Below, in pieces: positions 11,194 to 20,738 of a stretch of DNA of 64,000 nt; positions within the stretch are counted from its first letter, which is position 1, and every line of letters starts with the position of its first letter. The stretch lies in contig CP084167.1 in the NCBI GenBank assembly GCA_021513715.1, positions 2,336,001 to 2,400,000 of the forward strand. The letters run 5' to 3'. Position numbers and translations under genes: made by a program. Under the pieces are notes generated by a model that had not been told where the DNA came from, did not search any database, and was given only the letters and a program-made list of their open reading frames with translations. The stretch is from Candidatus Heimdallarchaeum endolithica. GTDB lineage: Archaea; Asgardarchaeota; Heimdallarchaeia; Heimdallarchaeales; Heimdallarchaeaceae.

Positions 11194-11374
11194 CTTATGT
11201 CTTTTTAAAGAAGAAACCTTTTTTCTCATTTTTTAATAACTAACACAGATATTTGTTAGTCTCTCTATAGATTAATATGCTATTTTATCCTAGTTTTTTC
11301 TTTATTTCTCACTTTTTTATGCATTCAACTTAAACAAAAAGCGTAATGTAAAGAAAGAAAAAAGGAATAACAGA

Positions 11375-13180
11375 TTACAGAAGATAAAATTCAGTTGCCC
11401 ATAGTATTCCATTGTCATCTTCAATAAATGTATATTTTATATTGTCTCCCACATCTGTTAAAACAACATCATTCCAGTGAGTGTCATTTAAATAATCTCT
11501 AGAACAGCGAATAGTTCTGCTATCGTTGAGAGAGAAAACAAAGATGCTATTACCGTCTTTGACGTAGGTTCCCACTTTTTCAACTTGGGCATAGCTATAA
11601 ATTTTCTCTGGCTTGCTTCCTGAAAAGAAAGATTTGTAGGACAATCTAGCTTCTTTTACTGCCTCTGAACCAGTTAATCCTTCAGCATTGGTTATGGCAA
11701 TATAACTAGTTTCTTTTGCATCTAAAATACATATATGTGATAGCCTTTGAACAGTCCCACTTTCCCAATAAATGGGGATGATCCAAACTAATCTGTTGCC
11801 AAGGGAAGTATTTAATGTGAATGGTACTGGCATTTGAACAATATAGCTCCCCTCATTAGGAACAGTTAACTGACCTTTTGCAATTTGAGCTGCGGTACTA
11901 GCTGAAATAAATCCTTCACTACGTAAATCATAAAAAGTAACATCCGTTTTTGTAACCACTCCGATTCCTGCAAGTGTTTCTGGCGCATTTAAGGGATGAG
12001 TAGCAAAAAAAGCAAAACTTGAATTTTTTCGAAAAACATAACGTATATCTTCTACTCCTTCACCATAGAACCCAATTCTATCAGGGCTGTAGTTGGGAAA
12101 GCCACTAAATAATCTAATGTTACCAGAAGCACTGAGGTCTCTTTTAATACCCCACTTTTTGATCCAATAATCTTCTAGAAGGATTTCAGAGTAAACTTGT
12201 AAAACATAATCTGGCGTTTGTCTAAGCTCTTCTGGTCCATAGTGATTAATTAACTCTCCAGTTTTGACATCAACTATGTCGACACCATCAGAATGCCAAG
12301 CTCCATAAACGTTGCGTGTTGTGCGGGTGACAACATAAACCCATTTTTCTCCAGTCCAAGCAGGATAAGAACGATAATATTTGGCTGTTTGACTTCTTCG
12401 ATAAGATTTAAGGTTGACGTTATGATTACGCCAAAGATCTTCTGCATAATTGAAAGTCCCATCCGGAAATTCAATAATAATTGGTTCTGCATTGGGGTTA
12501 TTCACATCAATAAGAATCAAGCCTGAAACTTTGTTGAATAGACCCGGCTGCCAAAACTGTGCGCTAAAACGAGGGGCATAAACAATACACCAATAAAGTG
12601 TGTTGTTAACTAGAATTACATTAGCTTGAATATACATAACATTTGAGCCAAAAATAGCTTTATTCTGTTCAGCTCGACTAATGGCAAATTCTTTTGTAAC
12701 TAACCTTATTGAATTATCTATCTCTGTAACTTCATCTGAAACAACAAATGGTAGAGTAGAATAGTCAATGGTTACCATTTCTTCAAAAGTGCGAGCACTT
12801 TGAAGTGTCTTATTAATATTTAATAGAGAATTTATCAAAATTACAGTAACAATAATAAATACAAGGGCCGATGTAATCTTTCTTCTGAATCTTCTACGTG
12901 TAGTTAGTTCTCTTATTATTCTCCCTGTAAAGAGTTCAAAAATAATTACAAGTAAAATGTTCAATATTCCAACTAAAAGTAAATGCTCGATGGCTCCTGC
13001 ATATATGGTTCTAGCGACAAAGCCAAAAACCCAAACAAAAAATAATAAAAGACAATAAAAACCTATAGCCATCCCGCCAAATGTACTGCTTTTCCTGTAA
13101 AGGTGGATAACAATCCAAAGTAATGGGAGATAGGCTAAAAAAAGTAAAAGCGTTATACCAATATAGGACATGACAAACAA
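11375..13180 (-). CDS. Membrane protein with four N-terminal TM helices and a large extracytoplasmic domain
   Basis: 601-aa ORF with hydrophobic N-terminus; no family recognised. Confidence 0.75.
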   Translation of the reverse strand: MFVMSYIGITLLLFLAYLPLLWIVIHLYRKSSTFGGMAIGFYCLLLFFVWVFGFVARTIYAGAIEHLLLVGILNILLVIIFELFTGRIIRELTTRRRFRRKITSALVFIIVTVILINSLLNINKTLQSARTFEEMVTIDYSTLPFVVSDEVTEIDNSIRLVTKEFAISRAEQNKAIFGSNVMYIQANVILVNNTLYWCIVYAPRFSAQFWQPGLFNKVSGLILIDVNNPNAEPIIIEFPDGTFNYAEDLWRNHNVNLKSYRRSQTAKYYRSYPAWTGEKWVYVVTRTTRNVYGAWHSDGVDIVDVKTGELINHYGPEELRQTPDYVLQVYSEILLEDYWIKKWGIKRDLSASGNIRLFSGFPNYSPDRIGFYGEGVEDIRYVFRKNSSFAFFATHPLNAPETLAGIGVVTKTDVTFYDLRSEGFISASTAAQIAKGQLTVPNEGSYIVQMPVPFTLNTSLGNRLVWIIPIYWESGTVQRLSHICILDAKETSYIAITNAEGLTGSEAVKEARLSYKSFFSGSKPEKIYSYAQVEKVGTYVKDGNSIFVFSLNDSRTIRCSRDYLNDTHWNDVVLTDVGDNIKYTFIEDDNGILWATEFYLL

Positions 13181-13285
13181 TATGTGTATGTATATAAAAA
13201 ACTATTTTGGAATTTAAAGCATTTAACAATAAAAAACTTACTAAGGAAAAAAATAATTTATAAGTAGAAGAAAAAGTGTTTACGA

Positions 13286-13618
13286 ATGGAAGAAAAAGAT
13301 CTACAGTCGGAAATTGAAGAAAAAAGAAGAAAATATGATAAAGTGTTGTCAAAGAAATTTATCCAACTAAGTTTTACAATTCCTGTAATATTGTCTTTAG
13401 CTGGTATGGGAATAGGCTATTTGGCGACAATGAATAAACCTACGAATATTCAAAAAATAGCACTAATTATTGGCACTTTAATAGGCTTATTTCTTTCAAT
13501 AGGTTATGGTTTTGTTGTTGAATACATTGTTAAGAGAAGAATTGCAAATTCTAATAAAGAAAAAGAAGAAAATGAAACAAAAGAAAATAATAAAAACGTG
13601 GAATTAGAGCACGATTAA
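13286..13618 (+). CDS. Small two-TM membrane protein
   Basis: Two hydrophobic helices; stop overlaps the next start (TAATG). Confidence 0.7.
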   Translation: MEEKDLQSEIEEKRRKYDKVLSKKFIQLSFTIPVILSLAGMGIGYLATMNKPTNIQKIALIIGTLIGLFLSIGYGFVVEYIVKRRIANSNKEKEENETKENNKNVELEHD

Positions 13619-14370
13619 TGATATTTTTATTTCCTTCAAATAGAAATGATGTAAAAAAGTTGTTGAAAGAAACAAAATTGCTGATGCTTGATTTTGATGG
13701 AACATTAGTGGAGTTTGAAAAAGCAGAGAAAAAAGCGCTAAATGCGTTTCTCAAAAAAAACAATGTTAGGGCTAATAAAAGAAAAAAAGCAATAAAATTC
13801 TATGACCAAATTAACAAACAATTATGGCGAAAATTCGAGAAAAAAGAACTAACTCTGGAAGAAGTGAGAAAATCTAGGTTTTTAGCATTAAAAGAAAAAT
13901 ATGCTTTGAGGGGTGATCCTGAAAAGCTAGATAAAGAATATCTGCAATACTTAATTGAATGCACGAAAACAACCAAACAAACTTTGAAACTTTTAGGAAA
14001 ATTAAAGGAAAAATACAAAGTGTATGTAATTACAAATGGAATACATTATGTACAGGTTGCTAGGTTAGAAAAAACAAGGATAATGAATCTGACAGATGGT
14101 TTTGTAACAAGTGAAAAAATAGGTGCTCCAAAACCAGAAAGTGATATGTTTAACTATATTTTGGAAAAAGAGAACATGAAACCAAAACAAGCATTTGTAG
14201 TAGGTGATTCCTATAAAGCAGATATAGTGGGCGCAAATAAACTAGGAATAAAGTCATGTTTAATAGTTAAAAGTAAAAGAAAAAGAAAAAAATTTGATGA
14301 AAAAGAAAAACCGAATATGATAGCTAAAAGTTTTGTAGAGTGGGCAAAATTTATTATTTCGATTAATTAA
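13618..14370 (+). CDS. HAD-superfamily hydrolase, YjjG-like nucleotidase
   Basis: DFDGTL motif I, ITNG motif II, KP and VGDS...DI.GA motifs III/IV. Confidence 0.9.
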   Translation: MIFLFPSNRNDVKKLLKETKLLMLDFDGTLVEFEKAEKKALNAFLKKNNVRANKRKKAIKFYDQINKQLWRKFEKKELTLEEVRKSRFLALKEKYALRGDPEKLDKEYLQYLIECTKTTKQTLKLLGKLKEKYKVYVITNGIHYVQVARLEKTRIMNLTDGFVTSEKIGAPKPESDMFNYILEKENMKPKQAFVVGDSYKADIVGANKLGIKSCLIVKSKRKRKKFDEKEKPNMIAKSFVEWAKFIISIN

Positions 14371-14463
14371 AAAAACAAGTACAACATGAGCTATGATTTC
14401 GCGTGTGAAGTCTGTATCAACCCCCTCCATTCTCTTATTGTATGTTGAGGTTGAGTTATCAAG

Positions 14464-14501
14464 TAATTAAACACCTGTTTTCTAATTAAACACCTGTTTT
14501 C
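14464..14501. repeat. Perfect 19-bp tandem duplication (TAATTAAACACCTGTTTTC x2), intergenic
   Basis: Read directly at 14464-14482 and 14483-14501. Confidence 0.9.
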
Positions 14502-14663
14502 TCACTTGAAAGACTGAGTGCGAAAAACTTACGTAAAAAATAAATCATTAAAACTCAAAGAAAAAATAAGAATTTCTTGAAGAAATCAGAAATTTTAAAA
14601 GAGAACGAGAGTAGGTCGACCAGAAACTGTTAAGTAACAGTAAAGTTGAAGTGAGGGTACAAA

Positions 14664-15992
14664 ATGACTTCAAAAACAAGAATTTTAATAATGGGCGCAG
14701 CAGGAAGAGATTTTCACAACTTTAACACCGCCTTTAGAGATAATGAACAGTATGAAGTAGTAGCTTTTACAGCTACACAAATACCAGATATAGTTGATAG
14801 AAAATATCCCGCTGAATTAGCAGGAAAATTATATCCTGAAGGAATACCAATTTATGACGAAAAAGATTTACCACGTCTAATAAAAGAATTAAACGTGGAT
14901 GAAGTAGTATTCTCTTACAGCGATGTCCCACACACATACGTTATGCATAAGGCAGCACTAGTAAATGCTTGTGGAGCAAAATTCTCAATGATGGGAACAA
15001 AATATACACAAGTAAAAACAGACAAACCACTAATTAGCGTATGTGCAGTTAGAACAGGCTGTGGGAAATCACAAACAAGCAGAAAAATAGTTGACACTTT
15101 GCACAAAGCAGGAAAGAAAATAGTTGCAATAAGACATCCAATGCCATATGGCGATCTAGTAAAACAAAAAGTTCAAAGATTCGCAACATATGAAGACCTA
15201 GATAAACATGAATGTACAATCGAAGAAAGAGAAGAATATGAACCATACATTGATAGAGGACTAGTAATTTACGCAGGAGTAGACTATGAAGCAATATTAA
15301 GAGAAGCAGAAAAAGAAGCAGACGTAATATTATGGGATGGTGGAAATAATGACTTTCCATTCTATACATCAGACCAACACTTGAACATTGTAGTAGCTGA
15401 TCCACACAGAGTAGGGCACGAAAAATCTTACTACCCTGGAGAAACAAACGTAAATCTAGCAGATGTAATAGTAGTAAATAAAGTAGTAACAGCAAAATAC
15501 GAAGATATACTAAAATTAGAGGAAAATCTAAGAGAGATAAATCCCAATGCAACAATTATAGAAGCAGCATCACCAATATTCGTAGAAAAACCCGAACTAG
15601 TAAAAGGAAAAAGAGTACTAGTAATAGAAGATGGACCAACACTAACCCATGGAGAAATGAAATACGGAGCAGGAATAGTAGCTGCAAAAAGATTCGGAGC
15701 AAAAGAAATTATAGATCCAAGACCTTGGCTAGTAGGTTCACTAAAAGAAACATTCGAAAAATACCCAGAAATAGGAACACTATTACCAGCAATGGGATAC
15801 TTTGAACAACAACTAAAAGACCTAGAAGAAACAATAAATGCAGTAGATTGTGACGTAGTAGTATCAGCAACACCAATAGACCTAACAAGATTAATAAAAA
15901 TAAACAAACCAGTAGTACGTGTAAGATACGAACTAGAAGAAATAGGCTATCCAAAGTTAGAGGATATACTGAAAGAAAAAGGATATCTCTAA
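14664..15992 (+). CDS. COG2403-type P-loop protein (cyclic 2,3-diphosphoglycerate synthetase-like)
   Basis: MGAAGRDFHNFN, AVRTGCGKSQT P-loop, RHPMPYGDL, WDGGNND, EDGPTLTHG. Confidence 0.85.
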   Translation: MTSKTRILIMGAAGRDFHNFNTAFRDNEQYEVVAFTATQIPDIVDRKYPAELAGKLYPEGIPIYDEKDLPRLIKELNVDEVVFSYSDVPHTYVMHKAALVNACGAKFSMMGTKYTQVKTDKPLISVCAVRTGCGKSQTSRKIVDTLHKAGKKIVAIRHPMPYGDLVKQKVQRFATYEDLDKHECTIEEREEYEPYIDRGLVIYAGVDYEAILREAEKEADVILWDGGNNDFPFYTSDQHLNIVVADPHRVGHEKSYYPGETNVNLADVIVVNKVVTAKYEDILKLEENLREINPNATIIEAASPIFVEKPELVKGKRVLVIEDGPTLTHGEMKYGAGIVAAKRFGAKEIIDPRPWLVGSLKETFEKYPEIGTLLPAMGYFEQQLKDLEETINAVDCDVVVSATPIDLTRLIKINKPVVRVRYELEEIGYPKLEDILKEKGYL

Positions 15993-16092
15993 ATTTTATC
16001 CTATTTTTTTTCAAAATATATTTTTAATAAATGCTATTATGCCATAATAAGACAAAATAAATTGAAACGACAAAATAAGAAAGAAAAAAATA

Positions 16093-16246
16093 AAAGAAAA
16101 AAAACTTTAAAAACAAAGGAAAAATAGAAGAAACGTAAAAGGAAAACAAAAACATAGCCGCGATAGCTTAGTCGGTAGAGCATTCGGCTGTTAATCTTAA
16201 GATTTGAATGCACTACGGGTGTAAAAAGAGCAGCAACCGAAAGGCC
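16093..16246 (+). repeat. Left arm of 154-bp inverted repeat (tRNA-Asn upstream region + 5' gene part)
   Basis: Reverse complement of 54418-54571; first 70 bp identical, 11 mismatches overall by manual alignment. Confidence 0.95.
16157..16246 (+). pseudogene. Truncated tRNA-Asn(GTT): 5' acceptor strand, D arm, anticodon arm with 42-nt intron, variable loop; T arm and 3' acceptor missing
   Basis: GCCGCGATAGCTTAGTCGGTAGAGCATTCGGCTGTTA-intron-ACCGAAAGGCC followed by non-tRNA sequence. Confidence 0.9.
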
Positions 16247-16674
16247 GAATTTCCTATTTTGTGTTTTAAAAATATTTAACACATAAACCAATTTTTAGGT
16301 CGGGAAATGCATAAGCAAATCTGTAAATTTTTTTATAAAAAATAAAAAATCACGACCAATATTAAGGGTGGAGTTGTTAGGAATGGTTTGCTAAAAATCT
16401 AGTATATTGCAAATTCAATTAAAATGGTTTAATAACTGTCAAAAGATCTATTTTTTTTTGAGATAATGAATGTAATTTAACTTACTGTTCTTGTTTATTT
16501 AACCCTTATTTTTTTCCAAACAATTTCTTCATTTTTAGGTATTGTTTTATTTTGTAAAAAGAATTCATCTATGTATTCACACATTCTACACTTTTTGTTA
16601 CAATATTTCTTGTCTTTAATTCTTGGATATAATTGTTTTTCATATTTTAGTCTTTCAACAAAGGATATAGTCTT

Positions 16675-17684
16675 TGTTTACTCAATAGACTTGGGTTACA
16701 CTTTTGGGTACTAGAGAAACATAGGGGTGATTCATAAATCTTTCTCCTGGGGTGAGGAAGTTAAGAGATTGGTGAGGACGACTAAAATTGTAGTAAGAGC
16801 GATAGTAGGAGAGGTCGGGGTTGCAGTATTTTAGACCTAATCTTTCCATCTCACGGATGATTGTCCCATGTAGTCTTTCTACTTTTCCACATGTTTCAGG
16901 GTGAAAAACTCTAGCTCTGATGTGCTTTATTCCTTCTGTTTGACACCAACGGGAGAAGGTACTTGTTCCTCCTCTAACGGAAGAGAAGAGTGCTCCATTG
17001 TCAGTAAGTATAGACTCGGGGTAACCGTACTCTTTTATTGCTTCCTCTAGCAAACTTATTATCTGCTCTTTTTTTGGTGCAAAAGGGTGGAATTCAGCTC
17101 CCAGACAGAATCGTGAGTGGTCGTCTATCAAGGTTATGAGGTGGAGATGTTGTCCCTGTTCTTCTACCCAGAATGGTCCTTTCACATCTATTTGCCAGAG
17201 TTCGTTAGGTTTTTGACGTTCAAAACTCTTGTATCGAGGTCTTTTCCTCTTTTTTCTATTAACCCATAAAGGAAGACCTAACTCTTTTATTACTTTCGTC
17301 ACTGTCGTCTGAGAGAGTGCTTTTCCTTCTCTCTTCAACAAATAAGCTATCTTCTCCACATTCATTCCTTGTTTTATTCTTAACTCCCTTATCCTCTCTT
17401 TTAACTCCTCATCTACTTTCCTGTGTATAGTTTTTGGTCTGGAAGATCTATCTTTCCACCATACTCCTTCAGGGTTCTCTCTGAACCTCTTCAACCACTT
17501 ATACACAAACTTCCTACTCACCATATACTTGTGAGCTACCTCTTTTATCTTCTCTCCTTCCAAAGCTTTTTTAACCACAATCTTTCTTAGTTTCTCCAGG
17601 TTACGTTCGTTTTTGTTCATAATATATCACTTACCCACGTAACCCACTTCTATTTATTTGTTACCAATGTGAGTTGAGTATACA
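16675..17684 (-). mobile_element. IS481-family insertion sequence, 1010 bp, 26-bp imperfect terminal IRs, 17-bp target-site duplication
   Basis: TGT...ACA ends; IRs TGTTTACTCAATAGACTTGGGTTACA / TGTATACTCAACTCACATTGGTAACA (19/26); ACAAAGGATATAGTCTT at 16658-16674 and 17685-17701; higher GC than flanks. Confidence 0.93.
16682..17620 (-). CDS. IS481-family DDE transposase (HTH + rve integrase core)
   Basis: VSRKFVYKWLKRF HTH, LWQIDVKG, IDDHSRF, LTDNGALF, HPETCGKVERLH, YNFSRPHQSL. Confidence 0.95.
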   Translation of the reverse strand: MNKNERNLEKLRKIVVKKALEGEKIKEVAHKYMVSRKFVYKWLKRFRENPEGVWWKDRSSRPKTIHRKVDEELKERIRELRIKQGMNVEKIAYLLKREGKALSQTTVTKVIKELGLPLWVNRKKRKRPRYKSFERQKPNELWQIDVKGPFWVEEQGQHLHLITLIDDHSRFCLGAEFHPFAPKKEQIISLLEEAIKEYGYPESILTDNGALFSSVRGGTSTFSRWCQTEGIKHIRARVFHPETCGKVERLHGTIIREMERLGLKYCNPDLSYYRSYYNFSRPHQSLNFLTPGERFMNHPYVSLVPKSVTQVY

Positions 17685-18514
17685 ACAAAGGATATAGTCT
17701 TAGTAATCCTTTTTAGTTCTATATCCTCCTCAGTAAGATCTAATGTTCTTCTTTTCTGTTTATCATTGTTGTTTAGGTACCACAGTTCAGGAATAATTTC
17801 GATATTAGGTTTCTTTATTCTAATGATTTCAGAGTAGATTAGCACTTGTCTTTTGTCTCTAGGCGATTCTTTTCCTGTTTTTAGTTCTATCACTCTTATT
17901 GCTGTTCGATCTACTGTCCAAGCTAAAATGTCTATTCGACCTGTTAAAAGAAATTTTTCTGATAATTCATACTCAATTTTGTATTCGGTTCCTATAACAA
18001 GAGAAATTAGTTTTCCTCTATTATTCTCTTCAACTAAAGTAGAACAAAACATAGCCAAAGTGCGTAAATTAAAATAAAGCTTATCGTCAAACTTTACTTC
18101 TTTTTCTCTTTCAATTATACAATCAAAGTCCTTCTCTCCATCAGGAAAGAAAAATCTTTCTGTCAACTCATATAAAGCGGTAAAAAAAGATTCTTTGACG
18201 GATAGTTTTTCGTGTATGTAAAAATGTTGTACTAAGTCGAAATTGCTTGATAAAACAGATTGTAGAAGTAGATGGTAAAAAGTTCATAGCTCCATAGATC
18301 TTGAAGAAGAAGCATACTCTCTCAATTTATTCATTTTAAGTAGAACTGCAAAATATGGTCTTATTGTACAAAAATCATCTTCAAGAACATCAGTAACGCT
18401 AATACTAACATGTTTTTGGAACATGATATTCACGCTAATCTTTAATCTTTTAATTAATTTATAAAAAAGAAAAAAACATAGTCAAAAGTAACACATCTTA
18501 TTTTTTTTATTATT

Positions 18515-19969
18515 ATGTTTATATATCGAAATGTTATTTTTGAATTTGAAATGGCTTCAAGAACACATATTCAAGAATATGAATCATGTATTGTTTTCCA
18601 GAAATTTATGATCGAAGAAAACATACTTGTTAATTTCTGTAAACATATCGATTTTGGCATAGATGGTGAGCTGGATATATTACAAGAAGAGCCAAGGGAT
18701 GATTTTTACGAAGAACGTAGAGCAGTAGATATAGATTTAAGGAAAAAGGCTTTTGTTCAACTCAAATCTAAAAGAGAAAAAAGTAGGGTAAATGAAGATG
18801 GAACTGTTTCATATAGCTTTAAAAAACGACATTTAAAACTATGGCAAAATTCGCCCATACCCGTTTTTGTTTTTTTGGTTTACCTTGATGACTCAAAAGA
18901 GATCTATTGGACATATGTTGATATTGACTTACAAATAGAAGAAGGGGAATCGGAATGCCAAAACCTTACTCTTGAAAAACTAGAAGGGGGATGTAGAAAT
19001 AAATTCAATAAGATAATTGAGGAGCATTATAAAAAAACAGGATACAAATATAATGTCTCAACAAAATTACCAATGTTTAGAGATTTTATTGAAAGGAGAA
19101 AGCAAGGTTTAGAACTAAGAAAAAGTTTGATTTTCAAGGAATTAAATCCAATAGAAGATAAAAAAGCTAAAATGTTAAGTCCTTTTCCTAAATCAGGATT
19201 AAGAAAAAAAATCTCATTCTCAGAATATGCCTTATCTATAGATGATTTCTATGAAAAAATAGATGACGATGAATACATTAATGAGTTTTTTAGCCGTAAA
19301 TCAAGGATAGAAAGCAATATTATTGAGAGTGTATATAAAGCAGAAGTAGCAAAGATAAAATATGATCTTGTAAATAATCACGAAACTTTTTTTGCTGATA
19401 GTTGGATTGAAATATTTGAAAATATAACAAAAATAACAGAGGAATATACAAGACCTATTTTGTTTATTAATAGTGAACTAAGAGATATTATTCGAGGGAT
19501 TCCTGCAGCAGATAGACCTAGTCTAGTAAATCAAGTTCTTCATAATTCAAAAGAAGATGCAATATCACATTCTCATTATGAAAACATAATAAATGGAAAA
19601 AATGTTTATTTCTATTTCTTTTATATTCCTAGACACTTAACTAAAAAGTTTCCTGTGTTAAACGATATTAAAATAATTATTTTAGATAGAGAAAAGGTAA
19701 AATATATTGTTAAAGAGCCATTAAGATTAGAATGGAGGACGATTACTAGGCCAGTTCAAGTTGATATTATCGATGGCGCAGCATATAAAGTTACAAAAAA
19801 AGAAGAAGAGTGGGATTGGTTTGACTTTACTTGTTATACTGTAGGAGAAATAAGAAATGAAGGACCAATAAAAATATACAAATTTTCCGAAGATGAGAAA
19901 AAGGAATTACAAGACTTTGAAGATAGACTAATAAAACTTACAAAATCAAGAAAAATTACCAAGGGATAA
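18515..19969 (+). CDS. DUF4365-like PD-(D/E)XK nuclease fused to a C-terminal domain with possible HK97 capsid-like fold (likely start 18551)
   Basis: DFGIDGELDI...FVQLKS...LKLWQNSPIPVFVFLV...IYW fits DUF4365; the C-terminal assignment is by eye only. Confidence 0.7.
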   Translation: MFIYRNVIFEFEMASRTHIQEYESCIVFQKFMIEENILVNFCKHIDFGIDGELDILQEEPRDDFYEERRAVDIDLRKKAFVQLKSKREKSRVNEDGTVSYSFKKRHLKLWQNSPIPVFVFLVYLDDSKEIYWTYVDIDLQIEEGESECQNLTLEKLEGGCRNKFNKIIEEHYKKTGYKYNVSTKLPMFRDFIERRKQGLELRKSLIFKELNPIEDKKAKMLSPFPKSGLRKKISFSEYALSIDDFYEKIDDDEYINEFFSRKSRIESNIIESVYKAEVAKIKYDLVNNHETFFADSWIEIFENITKITEEYTRPILFINSELRDIIRGIPAADRPSLVNQVLHNSKEDAISHSHYENIINGKNVYFYFFYIPRHLTKKFPVLNDIKIIILDREKVKYIVKEPLRLEWRTITRPVQVDIIDGAAYKVTKKEEEWDWFDFTCYTVGEIRNEGPIKIYKFSEDEKKELQDFEDRLIKLTKSRKITKG

Positions 19970-19990
19970 TCGCGTTTATTTTTTATTTAC

Positions 19991-20290
19991 TTATTCGTCT
20001 ATTATTTTTTGTATTTCTTGTATAAATTCTGCTACTTTCATTCCTTTTTCTGTTAGGCTAAAAACACGTTTATTATAAGGTGGTAAGTATTCCTCTTCTA
20101 TGAGTTCAAGGACGAGAAGTTTGTTAAGTGAAGTATAAACAGATGTTTGTGCTATACCAGGTATATTATCTATCAGTTGTGTGATCATTGCTTTTTTTTC
20201 AGATAATAGGTATAACAGTATCCTAAGAGCTCCTTTTTGTTCAAGCAAAGAAAGGGAACCTTCTCGTTCTCTCATTCTTCGGTATCCCAT
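19991..20290 (-). CDS. Winged-helix (HxlR/MarR-like) regulator of the element
   Basis: LEQKGALRILLYL...SVYTSLNKLLVLELIEEEYLPPYNKRVFSLTEKG; paralog at 63224-63523. Confidence 0.88.
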   Translation of the reverse strand: MGYRRMREREGSLSLLEQKGALRILLYLLSEKKAMITQLIDNIPGIAQTSVYTSLNKLLVLELIEEEYLPPYNKRVFSLTEKGMKVAEFIQEIQKIIDE

Positions 20291-20738
20291 ACCCTTAAAC
20301 TGTCTAAGAGCTAAAAAATATTCTTATACGCATAATGTATGCATATATACAAAGGTTTTATATATCGGTAGCCATATAATACTTATAGGTGGATAGTGAG
20401 CGACGGAAAAAAATGAAAACAACCTAAGGAGTGATGAAAAAAGAATGATGGGTCAAAGATATGAGAAGAAAAGAAGAAAAAAACGTATATACGCCTTCTT
20501 CTGTAGTCTGTTCCGCATATAAATATATAGGGGACAAAGAGTTAGGTGTTTTGTGGATAAGTATTCAACTAGAGGGTGTAAAGCCTGATTTTTATAGTTT
20601 TGTTAGTAGATCATTTATTGGAAAAAAGTTTCTTTTATTTTTTTCTGCCTTTATAAATTATTTTTATGATAATATTGTAAACAACAAAACAAGAGGAGGA
20701 AAGAGAAGGATTTCTTCACTTCAAAAAAGTGAAACCGT

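Larger units (their letters stand above)
16495..18425 (-). pseudogene. Cas4-like PD-(D/E)XK nuclease with four-Cys Fe-S motif; inactivated by a nonsense codon and an IS insertion
   Basis: ATG at 18425 (MFQKHVSISVTDVLEDDFCTIRP); TGA at 18284-18286 where the paralog has GGA; GRIDIL...VIELKT...Q..Y; frame resumes left of the IS with YCNKKCRMCEY. Confidence 0.85.

Noticed and set aside
14915-16014. Several Leu/Ser-rich antisense ORFs
   Set aside because: By-products of the extreme A-ending codon use of the + strand gene
16157-16246. 5' half of a trans-spliced split tRNA
   Set aside because: No matching 3' half or complementary leader seen in the window, and an intact tRNA-Asn exists; cannot be excluded genome-wide
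16247-16494. Classical direct-repeat att site (tRNA-Asn 3' end) at the left boundary
   Set aside because: Searched by eye for TGGCGCCGCGCAAAGG or its complement and found none
16682-17620. IS481 transposase as the mobiliser of the whole 38-kb element
   Set aside because: It has its own IRs and TSD inside another gene and is absent from the corresponding position of the paralogous element
18284-18286. In-frame TGA as selenocysteine or programmed readthrough in the Cas4-like gene
   Set aside because: It aligns to Gly (GGA) in the paralog, not Cys, and the gene is also broken by an IS; simple nonsense mutation is more likely
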